31,732 nucleotides of DNA from a virus (Duplodnaviria > Caudoviricetes), in the IMG/VR virus record IMGVR_UViG_3300035561_000139, positions 1-31,732 of that record; one strand, 5' to 3'. This document shows, piece by piece, positions 7,187-15,505 of this stretch (positions are counted from its first letter, which is position 1; every line of letters begins with the position of its first letter). Both the position numbers and the translations under genes were made by a program. The notes under the pieces were generated by a model. The model searched no databases, was not told the origin of the DNA, and worked only from the letters and a program-made list of their open reading frames with translations.

Positions 7187-8059
7187 ATGAAAATATCAGA
7201 AACATTAGGAGAATTGGCAGCTGCACTTGCAAACGCACAGGCAGCCATCCAATCAGTCAAGTTTGACAGCGACAACAAGTTTTACGGCTCTCGATACGCA
7301 AGTCTTAATGCTGTAATCGAAGCCATCCGTGAACCCATGAAAGTGAATGGTCTATCTATCGCGCAAGAGCCATTCAGCAAAGAGGTTAATGACACATATT
7401 TTGTGGGCGTAGAGACAATGCTACTCCACAAGTCAGGCGAGTTCATTAGTGAAGTAGTCTCATTACCCGTAATGAATTTAGAAATGCTCTCGCAATTCAC
7501 TTCACGCCACAATCGGGACGGAGACCTGTACTTCACCAGTCCGAATGTACTTCAGGAAAGCGGTAAGATTATCACTTATCTAAGGCGTTATGGGATAATC
7601 TCTATTTTACGGATGTCAGCGGAGGAGGATATCGATGGCAATTCGCCTGACCAGCAAGTCGAACAGCAGGTCGAACGGCGGGTCGAGCAGGGTAAGGTTA
7701 CCAAAACCCAAGCCAAAGCTGAAAAATCCAAGAGCAAATTCGGCAAGCGTCCGTATGACCCAGATACATTGGTTGAAGTACTAAAGGAGCGAGCTAAAAC
7801 CTGCCCGCCTGCCAGCGAGGCTCAAGTAAAGTTGTTGGTACGCAAGATGCAGGAGCTGATCGATGATGATGATTACCGCCATGTTACCAACAAGTACTTG
7901 TTTGGTGCTGAGCATATATCTGAAGCCGATCCTAAAATCGTGGTTGCAGCTATCCGCTGGTTGAACTTAGATGATCAGTATCAGATTGATCCACTGGCAA
8001 AGCAGGAGGTGCAAGCCGTGATCAATATGGTATTGGAACTTGACGAACAACCTGATTAA
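7187..8059 (+). CDS. erf: ERF-family single-strand annealing protein
   Basis: LAAALANAQ...N.FY.SRYASL; GKIITYLRRY...EEDIDG. AAGGAG RBS favours ATG 7187. Confidence 0.88.
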   Translation: MKISETLGELAAALANAQAAIQSVKFDSDNKFYGSRYASLNAVIEAIREPMKVNGLSIAQEPFSKEVNDTYFVGVETMLLHKSGEFISEVVSLPVMNLEMLSQFTSRHNRDGDLYFTSPNVLQESGKIITYLRRYGIISILRMSAEEDIDGNSPDQQVEQQVERRVEQGKVTKTQAKAEKSKSKFGKRPYDPDTLVEVLKERAKTCPPASEAQVKLLVRKMQELIDDDDYRHVTNKYLFGAEHISEADPKIVVAAIRWLNLDDQYQIDPLAKQEVQAVINMVLELDEQPD

Positions 8060-8108
8060 TTAGTGAATGCCCGCCAGTCGGCTAATAGGCTGGCAGAAAG
8101 GAATTGAA

Positions 8109-8276
8109 ATGACCTTTATCACCGCCACGCTTGTAATCTTTGCAGCCCTTGCGATCCCATTCTGTATGCTGCATCTGCTCGACAAGCTGTTCGAGAATAT
8201 AAAGCAAAGTCAAAAAATAGAAGTCTTACTTGACAAGATAATGAACCTTATCAAATGGTTTGAGGAAAAGGAATGA
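8109..8276 (+). CDS. Small membrane protein, 55 aa
   Basis: AAAGGA RBS; hydrophobic N-terminus. Confidence 0.7.
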   Translation: MTFITATLVIFAALAIPFCMLHLLDKLFENIKQSQKIEVLLDKIMNLIKWFEEKE

Positions 8277-8440
8277 TAATGGGTAAGGAAATCCAAAATT
8301 TCATTGCCAGTATGATCAACAAGCTGGAATATAATTATGGAAACCCAGTAGTTATTCAACCGTCGGAAGCTAAAATCCTAAGCGGATTGCTCAGGGAGAT
8401 GCTAAACCTTGTCAAGCGATTAGAAGGGGACTGGAGTTGA
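8273..8440 (+). CDS. Hypothetical protein, 55 aa (not in the ORF track)
   Basis: ATGA overlap with the upstream stop, AAGGA RBS, fills the gap exactly. MIMGKEIQNF...EGDWS. Confidence 0.65.
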   Translation: MIMGKEIQNFIASMINKLEYNYGNPVVIQPSEAKILSGLLREMLNLVKRLEGDWS

Positions 8441-8441
8441 G

Positions 8442-8681
8442 ATGGTAAAGCAATCTGAACATTCAAAGTGCCATTGTTTGAACTGTGCATTGTGGGAACG
8501 ATCGCCGATAGATAACTATGTTGGCTGGTGTCAGTGGGCACGGAATTGGTGTTTTCAGCTTGAGCAATGTGATCATTATTTGCGAGGCGAGGAGCGGAAG
8601 TTGTGCAGATCAGAATCGGGAAATCATACCAACCACAAGGCAAAGGACGTAAAGGTGCCAGTGGAGAAGCTGAAATCTTAA
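8442..8681 (+). CDS. Cys-rich putative Zn-binding protein
   Basis: GGAG RBS; CHCLNC...GWC...C...CDHY. Confidence 0.65.
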   Translation: MVKQSEHSKCHCLNCALWERSPIDNYVGWCQWARNWCFQLEQCDHYLRGEERKLCRSESGNHTNHKAKDVKVPVEKLKS

Positions 8682-8774
8682 AATGTGTGATGTTTTAAGA
8701 TTGGCTGATCGATTTACCATTGATTTATGGATGGTTATGATGTATGATAATAGCATAATTGAAAAGGAGCTAAA

Positions 8775-9122
8775 ATGGAAAATTCACGAGAAACAAATGA
8801 AGTAGTAGTCGTAGAGCTAAGCCCAGAAACCTTAGAGGATTTGAGATGGATCTATCAGGTCACGGGACGCAAAGACACATTCGAGGAATTTATCGACGAG
8901 CTAATCGGAGATGAAGCGTATGACCTCTATCAGTATGCACGGATACACGATGATCAAGAGCATAATCTCTGCCCGCATTCTCATCTGAAAATCGATGATA
9001 ATGGCTTATATCGCTGCACGGTTTGTCATAGAAAATTTGAAGCAATAGCAGAGCAAATAGAAGACCACTTGAATTCGGTTAGCATAGTTCAAGACCCAGC
9101 TGAAAAAATAAAGGAGCAATAA
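8775..9122 (+). CDS. Hypothetical protein with CxH...CxxC Zn-ribbon
   Basis: AAGGAG RBS; CPH...CTVCH. Confidence 0.75.
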   Translation: MENSRETNEVVVVELSPETLEDLRWIYQVTGRKDTFEEFIDELIGDEAYDLYQYARIHDDQEHNLCPHSHLKIDDNGLYRCTVCHRKFEAIAEQIEDHLNSVSIVQDPAEKIKEQ

Positions 9123-9123
9123 A

Positions 9124-9405
9124 ATGGCTGGCATAATTGACGCATCTGACTGGTATGCAGATCACATGGAAGACCGATCCAACAAAGCGGATTGGCCGCT
9201 TAGCTCAGCCCACCCCCAGAAATCGGCAGAATTGCTTGAGGCCGAACACCTTGAGGAAGAGGCGTGGAAAGAATACCTGAAAGCGGTTGATGAGGAGCTG
9301 GAAAGTGGCGAGATAAAGCAGCCTGACTATGATCGCCTCGAGCTGGCACGGGCTACATGGCTGCGGGCAGCTTCACACCGTGATGATGTGGCACGGAATT
9401 GCTGA
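9124..9405 (+). CDS. Hypothetical acidic helical protein
   Basis: AAGGAG RBS; abuts the upstream gene. Confidence 0.75.
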   Translation: MAGIIDASDWYADHMEDRSNKADWPLSSAHPQKSAELLEAEHLEEEAWKEYLKAVDEELESGEIKQPDYDRLELARATWLRAASHRDDVARNC

Positions 9406-9406
9406 T

Positions 9407-9510
9407 TGTGATATAATGTGGTTATGCGGTTGTAAAATGAAAACTAACACAATTGTGAATGTTCCGCCGGCACTTAGCTCAAACCGCATGAGCTGGGTAC
9501 CGGCGGAATG
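9407..9510 (+). promoter_or_regulatory. Extended -10 promoter and structured leader of the replication initiator
   Basis: TGTGATATAAT 9407-9417; hairpin 9462-9508 whose loop AACCGCA is complementary to TGCGGTT 9425-9431. Confidence 0.65.
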
Positions 9511-9531
9511 TTATAAATTATAGGAGTAATC

Positions 9532-10317
9532 GTGACTAATAAGGATTTAATAATTGGACTGATCAAATCACAGGGAAGTGGTGTATTTATTCCTGAAGTA
9601 TTTTTAAGGCTTGCCAAAGGGCGTTATCAATCAGCCTTATTTTTATCGCAATGCGTTTATTGGACTGACAAAATGGGGCGCGCATTTTATAAGAGCTATG
9701 CGGATTGGGAGAGCGATTATTATCTATCCCGTTATGATATCGATAAAGCCCGAAGTGAATTTAGTGAAATTGTTGAAACTGAACTTCGTAAAGCAGATGG
9801 TGCACCAACACTTTGGTATAAGATTAATTGGGATAAATTGATCGATGCTATAACGAAATTAGATGACCCATTAGCAAATGGATTTGCTACCCAGCAGCAA
9901 ATGGATTTGCTACCCAGTGACAAATCCATTTGCGACCCAGTAGCAAATCCATTAACAGAGAATACAACAAAGATTAACAACAATATATCTACTACTGGTA
10001 GCGAAACCACAAAAATTTTTCGAACTTACGAATCGGAGATCGGGATTTTAACTTCATTCATTCGCGATAATATAATCGATGCGATGGAGCTTTACCCAGC
10101 TGAGTGGATTATTGAGGCTATACATGAGGCTGCGCTAAATAACGCACGCAACTGGAGATATGTAGAGGCAATCCTAAAACGGTGGAAGGCGGACGGATTT
10201 AAGAGCGAAAAGGCAAAATCAGCACCTTCGCAAACGCGGAGAAAATCGGCAGGCGGGCTTTCACCTGAAGCGCAAGCGATAGTAGATGATGCGAGAATGA
10301 GAGGAGAGTTAGTATGA
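9532..10317 (+). CDS. Replication initiator (N-terminal wHTH, C-terminal DnaD-like domain)
   Basis: AGGAG RBS, GTG start; EAIHEAALNNARNWRYVEAILKRW is the DnaD/DnaB_2 motif; iterons lie within the gene. Confidence 0.88.
   Translation: MTNKDLIIGLIKSQGSGVFIPEVFLRLAKGRYQSALFLSQCVYWTDKMGRAFYKSYADWESDYYLSRYDIDKARSEFSEIVETELRKADGAPTLWYKINWDKLIDAITKLDDPLANGFATQQQMDLLPSDKSICDPVANPLTENTTKINNNISTTGSETTKIFRTYESEIGILTSFIRDNIIDAMELYPAEWIIEAIHEAALNNARNWRYVEAILKRWKADGFKSEKAKSAPSQTRRKSAGGLSPEAQAIVDDARMRGELV
9865..9956. repeat. Four 23-bp iterons, probable replication origin
   Basis: Units at 9865, 9888, 9911 and 9934 with core CAAATGGATTTGC or CAAATCCATTTGC; A-rich tract follows. Confidence 0.8.
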
Positions 10318-10805
10318 TTACTAAAGCAGAAATGGCAATGATACTTGGAAAAATTGGGGCTATTTATGGCAAGGAGATAAAACCAGAACAAATCAGCAGT
10401 TGGCGTATGATTTTGAATGATCACCCTCGCATGGCGATTGCAGATGCAGCAATGCTCTGTGCACAAAAAAGTGAATTCATGCCCCTTCCTAATCAGATTA
10501 TAAAAACTATAAATGAATTTGATTTGGATACTAAATGGCAGATGGTTGAGCCAAGTATTGAGAGGACATATTGGGTTTTATTTACAAAAGATTATGATTC
10601 TACAGATAATATAACCGAGAAGGAATGCCGTGAAATTTTTAATTCTGATGAGATGCCAAAAGACAAGTTAGCTAATGAAATCACGCCAGCGGATATAAGA
10701 AAGGCTGGTGAGGGTTATCATAAAACTGGACGGGCTATCAGCAAGGATTTGTACATAAAGCAGTGCGATATGCTAAAAGAGGCGTGGAAAAATCACTTGA
10801 AATAA
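10314..10805 (+). CDS. Putative helicase loader/inhibitor (G39P-like N-terminus)
   Basis: ATGA overlap with the initiator; MILGKIGAIY...W..IL.D...FMP.P..I pattern. Confidence 0.55.
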   Translation: MITKAEMAMILGKIGAIYGKEIKPEQISSWRMILNDHPRMAIADAAMLCAQKSEFMPLPNQIIKTINEFDLDTKWQMVEPSIERTYWVLFTKDYDSTDNITEKECREIFNSDEMPKDKLANEITPADIRKAGEGYHKTGRAISKDLYIKQCDMLKEAWKNHLK

Positions 10806-10817
10806 AAGGAGATCATA

Positions 10818-11192
10818 ATGCTTAACGAAATCGAAATCATCGGCTGGGTAAGCCGAGACCCTGAATACAAAGAGCATCCTGATGGCACTCGCACGGCTAT
10901 TCTCTCGGTGGTCACAGAACGTATGGATCGGGGCAAGAAAAATACCGCTTGGTTCACGGTGATTGCTAATGGGAAATTGGTTGGCATTGTCAGTCAGATG
11001 GTAAAAAGGGGCACGCTGGTTCGCATCTCAGGTAATCTAATGCCGGGTGAAGACGGTAACCCTCGAGTATTTATCGGCACTCGTGGCACGGAACAATCAG
11101 CTTATGAGGTTCGAGCGAAGCAAATTCTGGTATTGACACCTAAGCCACCTGATGACCTGATGCAGGAATATGCAGATGAATGGCGAGAATAA
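10818..11192 (+). CDS. ssb: Single-stranded DNA-binding protein
   Basis: MLNEIEIIGWVSRDPE...TAWF.V...KRGTLVRISG OB-fold pattern. Confidence 0.85.
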   Translation: MLNEIEIIGWVSRDPEYKEHPDGTRTAILSVVTERMDRGKKNTAWFTVIANGKLVGIVSQMVKRGTLVRISGNLMPGEDGNPRVFIGTRGTEQSAYEVRAKQILVLTPKPPDDLMQEYADEWRE

Positions 11193-11203
11193 AAGGAGCT
11201 GGC

Positions 11204-11758
11204 ATGCACGTTTACAAAGGGCGCGAGTTTGTAGTTGCAGAGATAACCCAATCTCAAAGGATGTTCGCCGAGTTGGAGTATAAATCACGGTTCGAAAAGA
11301 GCAATATTGTCAATGGGCACACGGTTTATAATCGGAAACGAAGCCGTTTAGCAGGCATCTTGGGTGAGCTGGTCTTTGCTGAGCTTTACCCCGATGCACA
11401 GAAAAGCAAGCGATATGGTTATGATTTTATCCGAGATGGCAAGCGGATAGATGTGAAGTGCAAGTGCCGAAATTATCCGCCGAGAATAACTGATCAAGCA
11501 TCAGTATTTGATTATCAGGATAAAGATCAGATAGATATTTATTACTTCATGAGCACCACGCCACAGTTTGAGAAAGTTTGGTTATGTGGCTGGATTGGAA
11601 AAGAGGAGCTGCTGAACCATATGCAGCTGGAGCACTGGTTACCCGGTCAGGTCGATCATGATAACGGGATGCGTTTTAGGTCAGATACCATTGCGCTAAA
11701 ATACCAGTACTTGCACCCGATTTTACTTGGCAAACTGGTTAGAGATCCAATGAGGTAA
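11204..11758 (+). CDS. PD-(D/E)XK-like nuclease
   Basis: GILGE...YDF...IDVK motif; AAGGAG RBS before ATG 11204. Confidence 0.65.
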   Translation: MHVYKGREFVVAEITQSQRMFAELEYKSRFEKSNIVNGHTVYNRKRSRLAGILGELVFAELYPDAQKSKRYGYDFIRDGKRIDVKCKCRNYPPRITDQASVFDYQDKDQIDIYYFMSTTPQFEKVWLCGWIGKEELLNHMQLEHWLPGQVDHDNGMRFRSDTIALKYQYLHPILLGKLVRDPMR

Positions 11759-11761
11759 CCC

Positions 11762-12112
11762 ATGACCGAACATGACGAGCAAGCCACATTGTTTAGCTGG
11801 ACGCGCTATCGCCCAGAGCTACGCTGGATGTTCGCCATCCCCAACGGCGGGTTGCGCAATAAGGTCACCGCTGCCCGCCTTCGGAGCGAGGGTACTAAAG
11901 CTGGCGTGTGGGACATATTTTTACCGATACCTTCCAAAGGCTATCACGGGATGTTCTTAGAGATGAAATTTAATAAGAACCGACTTACAGAAAGCCAAAA
12001 AGAGTTCGGCGAATTTGTTAACGGCAAGGGTTACTATACGGCAGTGGCGTACAGTGCTGATGAGGCGATGCGAGAGATTGATCAATACTTGGATGCGAAC
12101 GATGCTGATTAA
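11762..12112 (+). CDS. VRR-NUC domain nuclease
   Basis: MTEHDEQ, FAIPNGG, G.KAGVWD, LEMK...LTESQ. Confidence 0.88.
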   Translation: MTEHDEQATLFSWTRYRPELRWMFAIPNGGLRNKVTAARLRSEGTKAGVWDIFLPIPSKGYHGMFLEMKFNKNRLTESQKEFGEFVNGKGYYTAVAYSADEAMREIDQYLDANDAD

Positions 12113-13064
12113 TGCCAATGCTCTATCTATCCCGTTAGCCGATAAATGCGTGCAGCTGGTGGTTACCAGCCCGCCCTATTATGGGCAAAGAGATTACAAA
12201 ACTGACGGTCAGCTCGGTCTTGAGCCTACCCCAGAGCAGTATGTGGAGAACTTGGTGCAAGTGTTCCGTGAACTTTGGCGGGTGCTGAAAGATGACGGCA
12301 TCGCATACCTTAATCTTGGAGATAGTTATGCTGGGTCGGGTTGCGGAACGAATGATTATCGCACAGAGAAAAGCAGAAGCATAAATAAAAGCGATGTTAT
12401 GTTCAGCAAAGCGCCACCCCAGCAGAAGTTGAAACAGTATGGTTATAAGCCAAAAGACCTACTGATGATACCAGCAATAGTTGCCTTTGCCTTGCGCAAT
12501 GACGGCTGGTATCTGCGGGACGACATCATCTGGGCGAAAGGCTATAGTGGCAATATGCGGGGCGGGAGCGTGATGCCAGAGAGCGTGAAAGACCGCTGCA
12601 CCAAAGCCTATGAGCATATCTTTATGCTGACTAAAAGTCCGAAGTATTATTATGACTATAACGCAGTGCTGGAGCCAATCAAACCCGAATCAATTGAGCG
12701 TTCTAATTATGGATGGGATTGTGACCGACCTTCGACTAAAAATGCCAATACAAACGGAAATGGTATTCACGTAAGTAAAATGGGAAATAGATTTGCAAAT
12801 CCTAATGGCGGAAATCCCCGCAATGTATGGCTGATAAACCCAAAGCCGTTCAAGGGCGCTCACTATGCCGTATTCCCGCCCGAGCTGGTGCGGTTACCGA
12901 TATTGGCTGGCAGCCGAGCTGGGGATATTGTTTTAGACCCATTCTGCGGCTCAGGAACGACATTAATGGTAGCCAAAGAACTGGGCAGAGAAGCTATTGG
13001 GCTGGACTTATCGTTCACCTACCTGCACGATATTGCCGAGCCGAGATTGGGAGTGTTATGTTAG
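12102..13064 (+). CDS. DNA methyltransferase 1 (beta class, SPPY, probably N4-cytosine)
   Basis: VTSPPY; HYAVFP; DPFCGSGTT. Confidence 0.92.
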   Translation: MLINANALSIPLADKCVQLVVTSPPYYGQRDYKTDGQLGLEPTPEQYVENLVQVFRELWRVLKDDGIAYLNLGDSYAGSGCGTNDYRTEKSRSINKSDVMFSKAPPQQKLKQYGYKPKDLLMIPAIVAFALRNDGWYLRDDIIWAKGYSGNMRGGSVMPESVKDRCTKAYEHIFMLTKSPKYYYDYNAVLEPIKPESIERSNYGWDCDRPSTKNANTNGNGIHVSKMGNRFANPNGGNPRNVWLINPKPFKGAHYAVFPPELVRLPILAGSRAGDIVLDPFCGSGTTLMVAKELGREAIGLDLSFTYLHDIAEPRLGVLC

Positions 13065-13276
13065 AAAACGGCAAGCCGATCTATTGCGAAATTGACACCG
13101 AAACAAAGCGGATGTGGTGGGTCATGCCTGACTTTGAGACCGTTCGCCTGTTCATTGCAACGGGCAAGGGCTGGCTGGAAATCCCGGAAGAGGAGTGGAA
13201 GGTTGCTGACATTGAGCGAGCTTCAATTCTGCCTGATATTGCCAGAGAGGAATGTAAGAGTGATAAATCTGATTAA
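13058..13276 (+). CDS. Hypothetical protein, 72 aa
   Basis: GGGAG RBS, ATG 13058; overlaps both neighbours by a few bases. Confidence 0.65.
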   Translation: MLENGKPIYCEIDTETKRMWWVMPDFETVRLFIATGKGWLEIPEEEWKVADIERASILPDIAREECKSDKSD

Positions 13277-15491
13277 CGCCGACTGTTTCGAAGCGCTGAA
13301 AGACCTGCCAGAGAACAGCATTGACACTTGCATAACCGACCCGCCTTATGCTTTAGGCTTTATGGGCAAAGAATGGGACTCGTTCGGCTCTGATGCTGGC
13401 AAGTTCCAAGAATGGAGTAGGCAATGGGCGCAAGAAGTCTATCGGGTGCTCAAGCCCGGCGGGTTGCTGCTCTCTTTCGGGGGCACTCGCACTTATCATC
13501 GAATGGCTTGTGGGATTGAGGATGCCGAGTTTGAAATTCGGGACTGCTTCATGTGGGTGTATGGCTGCTTGTCAGAAGATACAGAAATCCTGACAATAAA
13601 CGGCTGGATGCGATACAATAAAAACATAAAAGATTATCCCGTATTGTGTTATAATGTTGTAGATGACACATTCGGATTTTATAAACCAACAGAAGTCTAC
13701 TGTTATGAAAACAAACATACCGCTTACAGAATACAATCAGGTTTTACAGACCAAATCGTCTCCCGAAACCATCGTTGCCTTGTTGAACGAAGCGGAAGAA
13801 AAGTATTCGCTTACGCCGAGACACTTCAATGCGAAGAGAACATACCCGTTTTGGAAAGTCTGCAAGACCTGCCAGAAACCATTTATGACAATGAATCACA
13901 CTCAAGCATTGAGAAATCGTTATTGCAGTTATTGTGCGAAGCGCCAACCCAAAAAGAGAAAGCCACCACAGGAAAGGATGATGACCCTAATAACTTGCCC
14001 AACCTGTGGGAAAGAATTTTACATCCATTCCTGTTGGGAAAACAAAAGTGCAAATCATTATTGTTCTCGAAGCTGTGCGGGAAAAGCAAAGGCAGAGCAC
14101 ATGAGACAAATAGCCCATCTTGGAAAATTGGGGTGGACAGAACAGGGCAAGCGCAAACGCAGAGAGGGGATGCTCGGCGAAAAGAATCCCGCTTGGAAAG
14201 GCGGAGTAACTTACTTCAAAAAGCATGGGAATTATGTTGGCGTAAAGTATGTGCGATGTCCGCAAGAATATTTGGATATGGCTCGCAAGGATGGCTATGT
14301 TATGGAACATCGCCTGATAATGGCGGAAAATCTGGGGCGTCCGCTATTGAGGACGGAAGTAGTGCATCATATAAATCACGACCCATCAGACAATCGTCTG
14401 GAAAATCTGATACTTTTCGAGAACAATCAAGCCCACAAGTTATACGAATCACAAGAGCAAAAGTAACCCCATTTGAATATGATGGCAAGATGTGGTGTGT
14501 TACCGTGCCGACTGGGGCATTTGTAGCTCGGCGCAATGGAAAAATATTTATCACAGGCAATTCTGGCTTTCCTAAATCCTATAATATCAGCAAGGGGATA
14601 GAAGGAAAGTTAAGGACAGGCTCAGCGAACTGGAATGAGTGGAAAGGTCTTGGTGGCGAACCTTACAAAAGTAAGACTGGCTATGTTAAGTTGCAAGCTG
14701 AACAGAAGTATCGAGGCGATTATTCTGATAAGCCAGCGAGTGATGTAGACATTACCACGACTGAAGCCCAACTTTGGGATGGCTGGGGAACTCAATTGAA
14801 ACCCGCCTATGAACCCGTCGTCATCGCCCAGAAGCCCGTCGACCAGAACTATGTCAACAATGCCCTGACATGGGGCGTGGCGGGCTATTGGATTGACGGG
14901 GGGAGGATAAAAACCTCAGAAATAGTTGGTGCCCGTAGGCGTTCAGAAAATGAATCTGGTAAGACAAATATGTTAGGCGTGAATAAACAAATAAAATTTG
15001 GAGGCGCACCGACACAAGGGCGTTACCCAAGTAACTTTGCCCACGATGGTTCGGATGAGGTGATGGCGCTGTTTCCTGAAACGGGCAAATCAACTGGCGG
15101 TAGGATTGGCAATAAAGGTTCTATGCTGAATATGACAGGCACAAACTACGAGGCTGGAGATGCTGGTTATGGCGATGACGGTTCCGCCGCCCGCTTCTTT
15201 TACTGTGCTAAGGCGAGCCGAAGCGAAAGAAATGCAGGGCTGGAAGAAAGCAATCCTCACCCCACCGTGAAGCCCCTTGCCCTTATGCGTTATCTGGTAC
15301 GCCTGACCAAGACGCCCACAGGCGGGGTGGTGCTCGACCCGTTTATGGGCAGCGGAACGACTGGATGTGCCTGCGTGCTGGAAGGCAGAGATTTTATCGG
15401 GATTGAGAAAGAGGCAGAGTATTATGAGATTTCCCAGAAGCGGATTGAACATTACCGGTTGCCATTGGATAAAGCTCAAGCCGAAAAATAG
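13260..15491 (+). CDS. DNA methyltransferase 2 (beta class, DPPY), intein-containing; 743-aa precursor, 411 aa spliced
   Basis: GAGG RBS and GTG 13260; ITDPPY; WVYG|intein|SGFPKS; HPTVKP; DPFMGSGTT. Confidence 0.92.
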   Translation: MINLINADCFEALKDLPENSIDTCITDPPYALGFMGKEWDSFGSDAGKFQEWSRQWAQEVYRVLKPGGLLLSFGGTRTYHRMACGIEDAEFEIRDCFMWVYGCLSEDTEILTINGWMRYNKNIKDYPVLCYNVVDDTFGFYKPTEVYCYENKHTAYRIQSGFTDQIVSRNHRCLVERSGRKVFAYAETLQCEENIPVLESLQDLPETIYDNESHSSIEKSLLQLLCEAPTQKEKATTGKDDDPNNLPNLWERILHPFLLGKQKCKSLLFSKLCGKSKGRAHETNSPSWKIGVDRTGQAQTQRGDARRKESRLERRSNLLQKAWELCWRKVCAMSARIFGYGSQGWLCYGTSPDNGGKSGASAIEDGSSASYKSRPIRQSSGKSDTFREQSSPQVIRITRAKVTPFEYDGKMWCVTVPTGAFVARRNGKIFITGNSGFPKSYNISKGIEGKLRTGSANWNEWKGLGGEPYKSKTGYVKLQAEQKYRGDYSDKPASDVDITTTEAQLWDGWGTQLKPAYEPVVIAQKPVDQNYVNNALTWGVAGYWIDGGRIKTSEIVGARRRSENESGKTNMLGVNKQIKFGGAPTQGRYPSNFAHDGSDEVMALFPETGKSTGGRIGNKGSMLNMTGTNYEAGDAGYGDDGSAARFFYCAKASRSERNAGLEESNPHPTVKPLALMRYLVRLTKTPTGGVVLDPFMGSGTTGCACVLEGRDFIGIEKEAEYYEISQKRIEHYRLPLDKAQAEK
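13645..13655 (+). promoter_or_regulatory. Extended -10 promoter inside the intein, 7 nt before the HNH ATG
   Basis: TGTGTTATAAT matches TGTGnTATAAT at 6211, 6388 and 9407. Confidence 0.65.
13663..14466 (+). CDS. HNH homing endonuclease nested in the +1 frame of the intein
   Basis: Two CxxC...CS..C Zn modules, GEKNPAWKGG, GYVMEHRLIMAENLGRPL...VVHHINHDPSDNRLENL. Confidence 0.9.
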   Translation: MTHSDFINQQKSTVMKTNIPLTEYNQVLQTKSSPETIVALLNEAEEKYSLTPRHFNAKRTYPFWKVCKTCQKPFMTMNHTQALRNRYCSYCAKRQPKKRKPPQERMMTLITCPTCGKEFYIHSCWENKSANHYCSRSCAGKAKAEHMRQIAHLGKLGWTEQGKRKRREGMLGEKNPAWKGGVTYFKKHGNYVGVKYVRCPQEYLDMARKDGYVMEHRLIMAENLGRPLLRTEVVHHINHDPSDNRLENLILFENNQAHKLYESQEQK

Positions 15492-15505
15492 TGTATAATG
15501 GCATT

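Larger units (their letters stand above)
13566..14561 (+). mobile_element. Intein, 332 aa (Cys1...Gly-Asn / Ser+1)
   Basis: Block A CLSEDTEILTINGW, block B VSRNHR, blocks F/G YDGKMWCVTVPTGAFVARRNGKIFITGN. Removal restores YGSGFPKS. Confidence 0.93.

Noticed and set aside
8073-8094. Hairpin GCCAGTC-ggctaata-GGCTGGC as a nut/boxB site
   Set aside because: Single short stem with no boxA or N-like gene; insufficient support.
12827-13057. N-terminal half of the 149-aa track ORF as a second overprinted gene
   Set aside because: Overlaps the conserved SAM-binding region of MTase 1 and has no recognisable motifs; an RBS supports a start at 13058.
13092-13259. TTG-started N-terminal extension of MTase 2
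   Set aside because: Overlaps the 13058-13276 gene; the MTase motif and RBS point to GTG 13260.
13566-14561. Group I intron or sequencing frameshift as explanation for the HNH
   Set aside because: The MTase frame is continuously open with intact intein termini, and the HNH has its own start and stop. An artefact would need two compensating errors and would not explain both frames being open.
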